Program-made: the position numbers and the translations under genes
Notes under the pieces: model-generated
Told to the model about the DNA's origin: nothing
Databases searched by the model: none
Seen by the model: only the letters and a program-made list of their open reading frames with translations
Shown here: positions 50,635-60,925 of the stretch, piece after piece
Layout: the number at the start of each line of letters is the position of its first letter
Position numbering within the stretch: the stretch's first letter is position 1
From: a bacterium
GTDB lineage: Bacteria; Margulisbacteria; Marinamargulisbacteria; GCA-2716485; JAYNIM01
Direction: 5' to 3'
Length of the DNA: 64,000 nt
Assembly (NCBI GenBank): GCA_038109055.1
Contig: JAYNIM010000002.1
Coordinates: forward strand, 111,759-175,758

Positions 50635-51551
50635 GTAATCTCTATATATTCATAAAATTCATCTAAGGGCCTAAAGCCTAAAGATTCATAAAGAGAAATA
50701 GCAACCGTATTTGTTTTTGTAACAGCTAAACCAGAAAATTTAAGCTTCTCCTTAACCATGGTATTTAATGCATGCTGCATCAACATTCGTCCTATCCCTT
50801 TACCCAGAAATTCAGGTCGAACAGAAATATCAAAAATCCAAGGTACGCGCTTTTGTCCCCAACACGCAACATCAACAACAATACAATATCCTAAAATCTC
50901 ATCCTCTTTACAAATAAAAAAACTAGCTGCTCGATTACAGGGCCCATAATGTCCATTAAAGGCTAATTTTTCCAATGCATAGCGATTGTTTTTATTATTC
51001 ATGCCAGGATACATGTAATAATCACGACTAATCTGATGTGATAAATAGCTCAAATAACTTGATGTTTTCAAATCATTTTCCGTCAAAGGTTTCACAAAAT
51101 AAGGGAGACTCAAGTCAGAAAAATATTCATCTTTAAACAATTCTAACGACATACGTTGCCGATGGTTCTGAACCAATCCAAACTGTCGAAACAAAAGTCG
51201 ATATAAGGGATCATGATCATAACAAATCAATTCTAATAAATAGTCTTTAAAATACCCTTGCTGATAAACAAATGTCGCCAACTTACGACAATAAACTTTC
51301 CTAGAAGAATATAATGAAATCGACCCATAAAAATCAGAAAATTCCTCATAAAAAGCAAATGCTACAGGTCTAGAGGCATCATACATCAATACACACACTG
51401 TTTTTTTACTTGAATCCAAAATTTTTTTCTGAAACGAATCTAAAAAATCAAATGTTTCCTTATACCGTTTCTCATATTGCTTTTGAAACAATAATGCTAA
51501 ATAACGAAAGTCATCTGTAAACTCGGAAACAATATCATAAGAAATTTGCAT
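50631..51551 (-). CDS. GNAT family N-acetyltransferase
   Basis: ISVRPEFLGKGIGR, NTVAISLYESLGF. Confidence 0.85.
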   Translation of the reverse strand: MQISYDIVSEFTDDFRYLALLFQKQYEKRYKETFDFLDSFQKKILDSSKKTVCVLMYDASRPVAFAFYEEFSDFYGSISLYSSRKVYCRKLATFVYQQGYFKDYLLELICYDHDPLYRLLFRQFGLVQNHRQRMSLELFKDEYFSDLSLPYFVKPLTENDLKTSSYLSYLSHQISRDYYMYPGMNNKNNRYALEKLAFNGHYGPCNRAASFFICKEDEILGYCIVVDVACWGQKRVPWIFDISVRPEFLGKGIGRMLMQHALNTMVKEKLKFSGLAVTKTNTVAISLYESLGFRPLDEFYEYIEIT

Positions 51552-51594
51552 ACTTAACCTCTGTATTAATATATATACCTATTTTAAAAAAAAG

Positions 51595-52665
51595 TTAAAC
51601 AAGTCTTTGATGTATCTTAGGAATAACAAAAGGATCAAAAATTAACGCTGTTGCAATACCAAATAATACCGCTCCCTCATCTCGCAAACGACTAACATGA
51701 TCACAACTAGAAATACCCCCTGTAGCCATAATAGGAATACCAAAGGGATTCAACAAGCCTGTCATCTCTAAAGTTCTATTAAAAAGAAGCGCTCCACTAA
51801 GCCCTCCATGACCAACTGACATAGAATCAGGCTCAAGATGCAAAGAGTCAAGCGTTTTAAAGCGTGTATTTCCACAATTAATAAAAACCTTATCAAAAGT
51901 ACGAAGGACGTCCATTAACTGACAAAGATAATCATTATCAAAATCTGGCGAAACTTTAACTCCTACAACAGCCTGGGTTTTTGAACGAATATACCTTAAT
52001 AAATGTTGAATATGATCCAACTTATGAACAACCGTTATCCCAGACGCCATATTAGGACAACTTAAATTCAACTCATAGTAATAAGGGAAATCCACTTTAG
52101 ACAAAGCGATAAAAAAACGATCAAACAATTGCTGATAAGTACGTACATCATGCCCCCATAAACTAAAGCCTAATGGACGCCTGTAACGATGAATGGATAA
52201 CTGAGGCAATTCTTCCAAAAATTGGTCAACCCCCTTACCAGGTAACCCCATAGCATTCAAAAAACAACCGCGTCTCGCTCCAGTCAATTCTACTATACGT
52301 GGTCGTTTATTACCTTCTGAGGAATCTAACAAAATAGTTTTAAAGCATCCCCCACCTGCTCCCAATGCCATCCAGATATCCAAGGTATCTACATGAGACT
52401 TAAAGGACGAAAATGTTAAGGGCGAGGGAAAATACAAGTCATACAAACAGACCCCTAAAGTATCAGGAATATCAAAAGAAAACACAGTATCACAAAGCAT
52501 AGAACGCCTACACACTTCTGTTATCTTATCTCCACAATCAATCGCTAACTCCAAATCTTTAAGCCGCCCTCTACACTGCTGAAAAAAATAACAACTATAA
52601 ACAACAATCAATCGAATAAACTTATATAAGAATGAAAAAACCACAATTCTCAAATAATTTTTCAC
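51595..52665 (-). CDS. pyrD: Dihydroorotate dehydrogenase
   Basis: GNKRPRI, NAMGL, ELNLSCPN, KVSPD, GGLSG, GGI. Confidence 0.85.
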   Translation of the reverse strand: MKNYLRIVVFSFLYKFIRLIVVYSCYFFQQCRGRLKDLELAIDCGDKITEVCRRSMLCDTVFSFDIPDTLGVCLYDLYFPSPLTFSSFKSHVDTLDIWMALGAGGGCFKTILLDSSEGNKRPRIVELTGARRGCFLNAMGLPGKGVDQFLEELPQLSIHRYRRPLGFSLWGHDVRTYQQLFDRFFIALSKVDFPYYYELNLSCPNMASGITVVHKLDHIQHLLRYIRSKTQAVVGVKVSPDFDNDYLCQLMDVLRTFDKVFINCGNTRFKTLDSLHLEPDSMSVGHGGLSGALLFNRTLEMTGLLNPFGIPIMATGGISSCDHVSRLRDEGAVLFGIATALIFDPFVIPKIHQRLV

Positions 52666-52741
52666 AACAAATTAAGTGTAAAGAAAAATAATCACTTTGC
52701 ACAGAGTCCACAAACAAGTAAAATAATAAATATTATATCCA

Positions 52742-52769
52742 TTGCAAAAAAATAATCCTTTGCTAGACT
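52742..52769 (+). promoter_or_regulatory. Candidate extended -10 promoter for the STAS/anti-sigma genes
   Basis: TTGCAA-N16-TAGACT with TGn extension. Confidence 0.4.
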
Positions 52770-52842
52770 AAAATTATACATATAACATATTGTTAATATG
52801 GCATTAATAGACTAAACTTAATAAAATAATCGAGGTGTATAA

Positions 52843-53178
52843 ATGATTGGATTTTCTTTAGAAATAGAAGAAAAAGAAAAAGAAACAACAGTAAATCTTA
52901 AAGGTGAAATAGATTTATATAGCTGCGAACAATTAGACAAAACCTTAACAAAATTAGTCAAAGAAAATAAAAATAAAATCATCCTAAACATGCAAGACAT
53001 TCAATACATAGATAGCACAGGTCTAGGCACTATTGCCAAAAACGCAAAAGAACTTGAAACAAAACAAGAAAAACTATACCTTTACAGCTGTCAACCTCGG
53101 GTCCAAAAAATGTTCGAAATTTCAGGCTTAAATAAAAAAAATATTACTCTAATATCATCAGAAAATGAAATCGAATAA
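52843..53178 (+). CDS. STAS anti-sigma factor antagonist (RsbV/SpoIIAA-like)
   Basis: GEIDLY, YIDSTGLG phospho-Ser motif. Confidence 0.92.
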   Translation: MIGFSLEIEEKEKETTVNLKGEIDLYSCEQLDKTLTKLVKENKNKIILNMQDIQYIDSTGLGTIAKNAKELETKQEKLYLYSCQPRVQKMFEISGLNKKNITLISSENEIE

Positions 53179-53644
53179 CACATCCATTAAAGAAGATATT
53201 ATGCAAAACGCAAGCAACACATTACTATGCACAAGTATAGATATTCCAAGCACAGCCGAATACGTTGCTGTCATTCGACTAACAGTAGCGGGGATTGCCA
53301 GTAAACTAAACTTTGATATAGAAAGTATCGAAGATATAAAAATAGCCGTTTCTGAAGCTTGCAATAATGTGATTCAACACGCTTATACACAAAAAAACAT
53401 TAATACATCCCGAATAAAATTAGAAATAGAAACGGAAAATAACGAATTTCGCATACAAATCAAAGACAAGGGAATAGGCTTTAATCCCAATAAAATTAAA
53501 TCCTCCAACGCTGAAAATGATGAAAAACTTGGCTTAGGTCTAGGTATTGCATTTATGAAAAGCTTAATGGACGAGGCATCTATAGAATCAAGTCCTGGCA
53601 ATGGAACAACCATAACATTACTTAAAAAAGTACCTCAACAATAA
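53165..53644 (+). CDS. Anti-sigma factor Ser kinase (RsbW-like); start may be 53201
   Basis: IKIAVSEACNNVIQHAY, DKGIGF, GLGIAFMKSLMDE. Confidence 0.92.
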   Translation: MKSNNTSIKEDIMQNASNTLLCTSIDIPSTAEYVAVIRLTVAGIASKLNFDIESIEDIKIAVSEACNNVIQHAYTQKNINTSRIKLEIETENNEFRIQIKDKGIGFNPNKIKSSNAENDEKLGLGLGIAFMKSLMDEASIESSPGNGTTITLLKKVPQQ

Positions 53645-53647
53645 GAT

Positions 53648-54781
53648 ATTAATCTGATAGCCCCCAAAATAGCTTTATCTCTCTATATACACATTCCATT
53701 TTGTCATAAAAAATGTCCATATTGTGCATTTTATAAAGAACATCACTCCCCACAGCTTGATGCTTCTTTTTCCTCTGCATTATGTAAAGAAATAAACAGT
53801 TATCGTCCCTACAATATCCATCTCAAAAGTATCTTTTTTGGTGGGGGAACTCCCTCTAAGCTATCCCCGCAATCTTTATCAAAAATAATGACCCACATCA
53901 ACCAAACATTTAAACAAAACAAAAACATTGAACGTACCCTCGAATGTAATCCAGAAGACATCACAAAACAATCCCTGTCTTTTTTCAAATCCATCGGCAT
54001 AAATCGCTTAAGCCTAGGTATTCAAAGCTTTAATCAAAAAGAACTATCTTTTCTAGGAAGAACTCATTCCCCCAAACAACTTCATCACGCCTTACAGCTA
54101 ATAAAAGAGGGTCCTATCAAAAATATAAACCTCGACCTCATATACGGACTACCTTTATCAACATTAGAAGAATTAACCTATTCTCTAGAACAAGCATTAA
54201 AATATAATCCCTCTCATCTCTCTACATATTCACTGTCAATAGAAAACGGCACACCTTTCGAAAAGCAAAAAATCATGCCCTTACAAGGAGATCTTGAGGC
54301 CTCTCACTACCAATACATCATCCAAACATTAGAATCAAAAAATTATCAACATTACGAAATATCTGCATTTGCTAAAGAAAAAAGACAATGTCTACATAAC
54401 CTAAGCTATTGGCGCTTCGAACCCTATATAGGACTAGGTCCTTCGGCACACTCATTTATATTTCCTTATCGATTCAGCAATCCCAGCAATATAGAAACGT
54501 ATCTTAAAAAACCCACTCCCCGTTGGCAACAAAAACCCCTTAACCCAAGTACCAAAAAAGAACTTACCTTAGAATTTTTTTGTAGCACATTACGTCTAAA
54601 AGAAGGCATTGATTTAAATACCTACAAACACATATTCAACACAACTATCCCAACGTTTCAACAAAAACAAATAAATAAATTAATAGAACAAAAGCTATTA
54701 AGAACACAAAATGAACATATTTACTGTACAAAAAAAGGGAGAATGCTACTTAACGAAATTTTATTAACTCTCACACAATAA
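53648..54781 (+). CDS. hemW: Radical SAM heme chaperone HemW (HemN-like); start upstream of the called ATG 53888, exact codon uncertain
   Basis: In-frame upstream LYIHIPFCHKKCPYCAF and FGGGTPS; RLSLGIQSF, HYEISAF, HNLSYW. Confidence 0.9.
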   Translation: MNLIAPKIALSLYIHIPFCHKKCPYCAFYKEHHSPQLDASFSSALCKEINSYRPYNIHLKSIFFGGGTPSKLSPQSLSKIMTHINQTFKQNKNIERTLECNPEDITKQSLSFFKSIGINRLSLGIQSFNQKELSFLGRTHSPKQLHHALQLIKEGPIKNINLDLIYGLPLSTLEELTYSLEQALKYNPSHLSTYSLSIENGTPFEKQKIMPLQGDLEASHYQYIIQTLESKNYQHYEISAFAKEKRQCLHNLSYWRFEPYIGLGPSAHSFIFPYRFSNPSNIETYLKKPTPRWQQKPLNPSTKKELTLEFFCSTLRLKEGIDLNTYKHIFNTTIPTFQQKQINKLIEQKLLRTQNEHIYCTKKGRMLLNEILLTLTQ

Positions 54782-54786
54782 TAAAA

Positions 54787-56769
54787 TTATATCAACGTAG
54801 AACTATCCAACCCTTTAGCGCCATACTCAACCCGAATATCAGCACCTTTCTCATTTAAATTAAGTACTTTTTTCAACTTAGATCCCGGTTTTTCGCCCAC
54901 AATAAGCATCGTTAATTGTTTAGAAACTTGCGTCACCACTCTACCCCCAAGTAATTCAATTTTTTGTTTTACATCTTCTCGACTCATCCCTTCTAAAACA
55001 CCTGTCACTAGTACCACCTGCCCTGTCAATGGGCCAGAAACACACTCTTTTTTATAAGGTATCGGCATACCCAACGAATCAAAAACAGCAATCATTTCAA
55101 TAAACGCAGGTTGGCAAAATAAATGTCTCATCGCCTCTACCATTTTATCTCCTATCCCAGGCACAGCTAATAAAGCCTCTCTATCAGCCACCATTAAAGA
55201 CTGCATAGACCCAAATGCTTCTGCCAATAACAAAGCTGATTGCTGCCCCACAAAAGGTATCCCTAGCCCAAACAAAAATGCCGAAAAAGGTCGCATTTTA
55301 CTCGCGTCAATCGCCTCAAGCAACGCATGAGCAGATTTTTCAGCAATCCCATCCAACTCCATCAAATCGTCCAATGTTAAAAAATAACAATCCACAAGGC
55401 GCCGCACTTTCTTAGCATCAACCAATTGCGACACTATCTGCTCCCCTAACCCATCAATATTCATCGCCTTTCTCATCACAAAATGCTTCAACTGAGCCTT
55501 AATCTTGTCTGTACACGCCTGATTGGTACAACGAAACGCAACCAAAACAGTATCTTTAACAATAGGTACTCCACAACATGGACACACTTTTGGCATCACA
55601 AAACACCGTCCATCTCTCCCTTTCTCAAGTACCCCCAAAATCTTAGGAATTACTTCTCCAGCACGTTGAATCAAGACCTTATCACCAATAGCAATCCCTA
55701 ATCGTTCAATCTCTGCAAAATTATGCAAGGTTGCTCGCTGTACCGTAACCCCAGACAACATAACAGCCTTCAAACATGCAACCGGCGTTAAAACACCGGT
55801 ACGTCCGACTTGTACAACAATGTCTTCAACAACCGTCATCGCCTGCTCATCTGCAAATTTATAAGCCACAGCCCAGCGCGGTGATTTCGCTGTATGGCCC
55901 AACTGTGTTTGAACAGTTACGTCATTCACCTTAACAACAGCCCCATCAATATCAAAGTCAAAATGAGTTTTATTGTCAGACAACTGTAAGCAACACTGAA
56001 AAATATCTTCCACAGTTCTAGCACAAAAACATGGCGAAATCACAGAAAATCCCAACCGTTTCAACAATGTCAAACAATCTGTTTCAAAACCTAAACTGGA
56101 CGAAACAATAGAGTAAACAAATACATCTAAGCCTCTTTTTGCAGCCACCGCCGGATCCATCTGACGTACTGCACCAGCTGCAGCATGACGTGGAGTCGCA
56201 AATTGCCCTTCAAAGGATCGAAAAACCGATTTCTTCACATACACTTCCCCCCGAACTTCAATATCAACCGCCTCTGACAAAATCAACGGCAATGAACGAA
56301 TAGTTTTAATAGTATGAGTAACATCCTCACCAATACGCCCATCACCGCGAGTAGCCGCTTTAACAAAGACCCCTTTTTCATACACAATCGTCACTGCCAA
56401 CCCATCAATTTTAGGCTGAACAACACAGTCAATCTCAGCCAAATTACACGCTTTATAAACACGCCCCAAAAAATCAGAAAGTTGCTCATAAGAAAAAACA
56501 TTTGATAACGAAAGCATCACAACAGAGTGTCTTACTTTAGAAAAATCAGATGAAACCTCATTGCCAACACGCTGAGTAGGAGAAACAGACGAGACCATCA
56601 ACGGATGTTTAATTTCAAACGCCAACAAACGCTGATAATGATAATCATATATCTCATCCGAAACCAAGGGATCATCTAACACATAATAAGCATGTGCATA
56701 ACGAGTCACTAATCGTAGCAACTCTAAATATGACGCTTCTGAAACTATTTCAGCACTGTCGTCAGCCAT
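54787..56769 (-). CDS. ligA: NAD-dependent DNA ligase
   Basis: KIDGLA, TRGDG, PRWAVAYKF, C4 zinc finger, BRCT domain. Confidence 0.98.
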   Translation of the reverse strand: MADDSAEIVSEASYLELLRLVTRYAHAYYVLDDPLVSDEIYDYHYQRLLAFEIKHPLMVSSVSPTQRVGNEVSSDFSKVRHSVVMLSLSNVFSYEQLSDFLGRVYKACNLAEIDCVVQPKIDGLAVTIVYEKGVFVKAATRGDGRIGEDVTHTIKTIRSLPLILSEAVDIEVRGEVYVKKSVFRSFEGQFATPRHAAAGAVRQMDPAVAAKRGLDVFVYSIVSSSLGFETDCLTLLKRLGFSVISPCFCARTVEDIFQCCLQLSDNKTHFDFDIDGAVVKVNDVTVQTQLGHTAKSPRWAVAYKFADEQAMTVVEDIVVQVGRTGVLTPVACLKAVMLSGVTVQRATLHNFAEIERLGIAIGDKVLIQRAGEVIPKILGVLEKGRDGRCFVMPKVCPCCGVPIVKDTVLVAFRCTNQACTDKIKAQLKHFVMRKAMNIDGLGEQIVSQLVDAKKVRRLVDCYFLTLDDLMELDGIAEKSAHALLEAIDASKMRPFSAFLFGLGIPFVGQQSALLLAEAFGSMQSLMVADREALLAVPGIGDKMVEAMRHLFCQPAFIEMIAVFDSLGMPIPYKKECVSGPLTGQVVLVTGVLEGMSREDVKQKIELLGGRVVTQVSKQLTMLIVGEKPGSKLKKVLNLNEKGADIRVEYGAKGLDSSTLI

Positions 56770-57575
56770 AGCGTAAAAAACTTAATATAGGTCATAAAAG
56801 GTAATAAAAAAAGTTGTGCCAAAATCAAGGTCCCAACAAGTTTTCCCATCTGTAGAAAAAAAACGACCGATCGAACATCATCAATAGATCTCTGTCCTCG
56901 AGAAGCTTGATCCGTGACACGAGCACCTGCTGGATCTACAAAAATAGTAAATAATATTGTCGCCATGCCGTTCACTATGCCAGACAACTGCAAGGCTGTA
57001 GATCGAAATTCTGGCAAATACGCCCCTGCCAACAAGGCACATAAAACACCAATACAATATATTGATGTCACAAAACAATTAATCAACAAAAACTGTTTAG
57101 GGATTCTACTCCAAGACAGTCCTTTACACATAGAAAAAGAAGGCAATTTAAACATAGTCACTATCATCAAAATACGTGACGGATGCATGGCATAAAAAAA
57201 AACTTTAGGTACAGACCCCAAAACAGAAAAATGATTTATCGCCTTCACAAACAATTGCACCACCGTAGGCGTCATAAACGCTCCCATTACAACCCCCAGA
57301 AAAGCCGAAAAAATAACCAACCTAAACGACCATTCCAACTGCAGCAAAGCAGGTTGACTTCCATCTATAATAGCAAAATCAACCATGGCTCCTAATAAAG
57401 GGGCCTGAAACATATTCGATAAACGAGACACTAACAGCGTACTCGTTACAAACGACAAAGCAATGGCAATAAATCCCGTACGGACACCCGCCAATCTTAA
57501 TGAATAAGCTAACGACTCAGTCATATGAATCACAAATGTAAATAAACAAACTAAGAATAATGACGATTGGATCAC
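56745..57575 (-). CDS. amj: Amj-family lipid II flippase (DUF2837)
   Basis: IHMTESLAYSLRLAGVRT, SRLSNMFQAP, LSGIVNGMATILFTIFVDP. Confidence 0.85.
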   Translation of the reverse strand: MIQSSLFLVCLFTFVIHMTESLAYSLRLAGVRTGFIAIALSFVTSTLLVSRLSNMFQAPLLGAMVDFAIIDGSQPALLQLEWSFRLVIFSAFLGVVMGAFMTPTVVQLFVKAINHFSVLGSVPKVFFYAMHPSRILMIVTMFKLPSFSMCKGLSWSRIPKQFLLINCFVTSIYCIGVLCALLAGAYLPEFRSTALQLSGIVNGMATILFTIFVDPAGARVTDQASRGQRSIDDVRSVVFFLQMGKLVGTLILAQLFLLPFMTYIKFFTLWLTTVLK

Positions 57576-57779
57576 AAAAATAGAATACCCAAGTCAATCA
57601 ATATTTGTCTATAAAGAAACTCTAATGCAAATCAAATAAAATCACCCCCATTTAAAGACACTTCAACAAAACCACTCCCATCTAACAGACTAAACAAGAA
57701 AAGAATGAATTTAAGAAATCCTAATACCCCACCAGAAGGTGGCATTCAAACAAACAATAGCGTATAATAGTAGACTACT

Positions 57780-57998
57780 ATGACAATACTGTTATTAATA
57801 ATAGAATTAATTACTGCCATAGGGGCCATCATTACAATCTTACTTCACAGCGCAAAAGGAGAAGGGTTGGGCGGCATTGGCGGTCAAGCAAGATTATTTC
57901 ATACCCAAAAAGATTTAGAAAAAAACCTAACAAAATTAACCAGCTTTTTTACCATAACATTCATTCTATCTGCCATTATTTTAAGTATGCGATTATAA
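57780..57998 (+). CDS. secG: Preprotein translocase subunit SecG
   Basis: ILLHSAKGEGLGGIGGQARLF, EKNLTKLT. Confidence 0.92.
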   Translation: MTILLLIIELITAIGAIITILLHSAKGEGLGGIGGQARLFHTQKDLEKNLTKLTSFFTITFILSAIILSMRL

Positions 57999-57999
57999 A

Positions 58000-59796
58000 A
58001 TGCTCAAAAAGCTATTACTAATCATTGCAAGCATATTAGTTATCCAACTAAGCATCCAAGCAAATGAGCGTAAACTTCTCAACTTAAATACGCTAATAGA
58101 AAATGTACAAATTACGTCAAAAGAAAGGCCCACAAAAAACGTTACTTCACAAAAATGGGAAACAATAGATGAAATTATTATTTCTGGAAATTTAAGTACC
58201 AACAAAACAAAAATAAAAAATGCCCTATTAATCAGGCAAAATGATCTTATTAACCCAATTAAAATCACTCGTTCAATAAAAAATTTACGTTCTAACGGAG
58301 AATTCAAAGACGTCAGTTACCACATTAAAAAAACAGAAAAAGGAAATACCCTAATCATTACAATTGAAGAAAACCCAGTAGTAACGAACGTACAATTCAT
58401 AGGAAATACTGTCTATTCAAAAGAAAAATTACACCGTTTATGCCCCATACAAATAAACAAAATAAAAAATCAAAAGGATATACGAACCGCTATCCAAAAT
58501 ATTGTCAATGAATATAAAAAAGACGGCTATATCAAAGCTAAAATATATAATATAAAAACACCTACAGACAAAAAAGGGCCTGTCATTTTTTACTTATCCG
58601 AAGGAATCATAGAAAGCGTCACAATCTCAGGAAACACTCGAACCAGAGATTATGTGATTTTAAGAGAATTAAACCTAACTCCAGGCACGCCATTAAAAAG
58701 TGATATTTTAGAAAAAAATCTATCTCAAATTTACAATTTAAATTATTTTGAAGAAATACTTCCCGATATTCAACCAGGAAAAAAACAAAATGAGTATAAA
58801 CTACTAATAAAATTAAAAGAAAAAGAATCTCAAGGATCTATAAGCGCAGGAGCAGGCTATGGAGAGGATAGTGGCTTTAATTTATTCTCTGATTTATTTT
58901 GGGAAAATATTTTAGGCACAGGTCAGCAAGTCATGTTAAAAGGAACGCTTGCATTCGGAAAAGGGTCAAGCAACAGTGGCTATAACAGCTTTCAATTCAA
59001 ATATCACAATCCTTGGGCCTGGAATAAACGCAAATCATTCACATTTAGAACTTGGTTAAAACGGGGTGATTTAAATTTAGGCCCCTTTGGTAATAACAGC
59101 CAAATATCCTATAGAAATGAAACAAGAAAAGGCTATGATATCACCATTGGTTGGCCACAAAAATATGATTTTTACTCAAACCATCGTATAAAATATGAAA
59201 ATATATACGTCACTGATTTAGCAAAACAATATGAGCTATTTAGCTATACCTACATATTAAATTTAAATAGAAGAAATCAAAATATAAACACAACAAAAGG
59301 GTATTATCACACATTATCCATAGAAAAATCTTTACCTTTAAATCCAGCATTAATTCAATACACAAAAACAGAAGCAACCTTTAGAAATTTTTATCCTGTA
59401 TTTAAAAAACAAGTAATCGCAACAAAGCTAAATTTTGGCATCATCAACAGCCCAGACATAAGAAATGAAGAAATTTACGGATCAGAGTGGTACTACATTG
59501 GAGGCAGTAACACGGTTAGAGGATATGATGAATTAAGCCCTTTCGCAAAAGGAAACAAAAAAGTCATTGCAAACATGGAGTATCGGATAATTTTTACACC
59601 AAAATTTCAATTTATACTTTTTGTTGACATTGGCTACGCAACATTAGACAATATATATGAATATAATAGATATAAAATAGGTAAAGGCGCTGGCATAAGA
59701 TTAAATATCCCCCCTTTGGGGCCCATACGTTTAGACCTTGGGTTTGACGAAAATAATAAATCCCACTTTCATTTCAACGTGGGACACACTTTTTAG
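58000..59796 (+). CDS. Omp85/BamA-family outer-membrane protein
   Basis: POTRA repeats (GNTRTRDYVILREL), GGSNTVRGY, LGPIRLD, terminal Phe. Confidence 0.92.
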   Translation: MLKKLLLIIASILVIQLSIQANERKLLNLNTLIENVQITSKERPTKNVTSQKWETIDEIIISGNLSTNKTKIKNALLIRQNDLINPIKITRSIKNLRSNGEFKDVSYHIKKTEKGNTLIITIEENPVVTNVQFIGNTVYSKEKLHRLCPIQINKIKNQKDIRTAIQNIVNEYKKDGYIKAKIYNIKTPTDKKGPVIFYLSEGIIESVTISGNTRTRDYVILRELNLTPGTPLKSDILEKNLSQIYNLNYFEEILPDIQPGKKQNEYKLLIKLKEKESQGSISAGAGYGEDSGFNLFSDLFWENILGTGQQVMLKGTLAFGKGSSNSGYNSFQFKYHNPWAWNKRKSFTFRTWLKRGDLNLGPFGNNSQISYRNETRKGYDITIGWPQKYDFYSNHRIKYENIYVTDLAKQYELFSYTYILNLNRRNQNINTTKGYYHTLSIEKSLPLNPALIQYTKTEATFRNFYPVFKKQVIATKLNFGIINSPDIRNEEIYGSEWYYIGGSNTVRGYDELSPFAKGNKKVIANMEYRIIFTPKFQFILFVDIGYATLDNIYEYNRYKIGKGAGIRLNIPPLGPIRLDLGFDENNKSHFHFNVGHTF

Positions 59797-59805
59797 AGGT
59801 AAAAA

Positions 59806-60255
59806 ATGAAAAAAAAATTATTAATAACATTATTTATATACACACTTTGCTTTGGAAATATATTTGCAGAATCAATTGGCTACATAAATATGGAAGTAAT
59901 CCTTAGAGAATACAAAGAAGTAACAAAGTTTCAAGAAAGTTTGAAGAAAAAAGCCCAAGCCTATCAAAAGAATTTTGAGGAAAAACAAAAAAAATTAGAA
60001 AAAGCAAAAAACAAAGGGAAGAGTGACGAAGAGATTCAAAAGTTAATCAGCAAGATTGAAGAAGAACTTTACCCTCAAAAGCAAGAGATAATAACATTAG
60101 AAGCAGCCTTTAAAAATAGACTCATTGGAGAAGTAACAAGCACAGCTAAAATAATTGCCAAAAATTACGGTGTTGACGTTGTTCTAGATAAAAACGCAGT
60201 TTTATCTGGTGGCTTTGATTTAACACAATTTACATTAAACAAATTAAATGAATAA
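59806..60255 (+). CDS. OmpH/Skp chaperone
   Basis: IGYINME, coiled coil, VVLDK..V..GGFDLT. Confidence 0.88.
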   Translation: MKKKLLITLFIYTLCFGNIFAESIGYINMEVILREYKEVTKFQESLKKKAQAYQKNFEEKQKKLEKAKNKGKSDEEIQKLISKIEEELYPQKQEIITLEAAFKNRLIGEVTSTAKIIAKNYGVDVVLDKNAVLSGGFDLTQFTLNKLNE

Positions 60256-60919
60256 ACAATCAATTCCAAAAGTATTTATATATTCATTTATCTCCCTCAT
60301 ACTTACTATTCAACCATTACTATCAACAACCAATTTCAACGGGGCAACAGGCCTAATTTTTATCCCCACAGCTGAAGCTTTAAATTACAAGGAATGCAAT
60401 TATGGTTTGGATTATTCATTAGCTAAAGATAAAGATAACCTCAACTATAAATACAAAGTAAATATGGGTATTTATGAAAATATAGAACTAGGGTTTTCTG
60501 GAGGAAAATACCCATCTGAAGGTGTTTATGTAAATACAAAATATTATCTAATGTCTACGGAAGAACGCTTTCCTTTAAAGATTGCCATAGGCGTTGAGAA
60601 CTTAACCGCAAAAGACCATACAAGCGTATATACTGTGTTTTCAAAGCGATTAAATCCAGAAACATCCGGACATTTTGGTTTTAATGCAAAATTTGACGAT
60701 GAAATCACACCAGGCATTCTGGCCGGCTTAACCTTCTATTTAACAGAGATAGTGGAAATTCTCGCTGATATTAGCGGTGAAGGGCAAACTTATACCGCAA
60801 ATGTGGGTGCACGATTATATTACAGCGACTATGGAACCTTTCAAATTGCATTATCAAATATTTTCAATTTAACAGAACCTAGTCTCATATTAGGAATTAC
60901 CCAAAGAAATTTCTTATAA
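60248..60919 (+). CDS. YjbH-like outer-membrane beta-barrel protein
   Basis: Signal peptide; GATGLIFIPTAE motif; amphipathic strands. Confidence 0.6.
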   Translation: MNKQSIPKVFIYSFISLILTIQPLLSTTNFNGATGLIFIPTAEALNYKECNYGLDYSLAKDKDNLNYKYKVNMGIYENIELGFSGGKYPSEGVYVNTKYYLMSTEERFPLKIAIGVENLTAKDHTSVYTVFSKRLNPETSGHFGFNAKFDDEITPGILAGLTFYLTEIVEILADISGEGQTYTANVGARLYYSDYGTFQIALSNIFNLTEPSLILGITQRNFL

Positions 60920-60925
60920 AACAAC

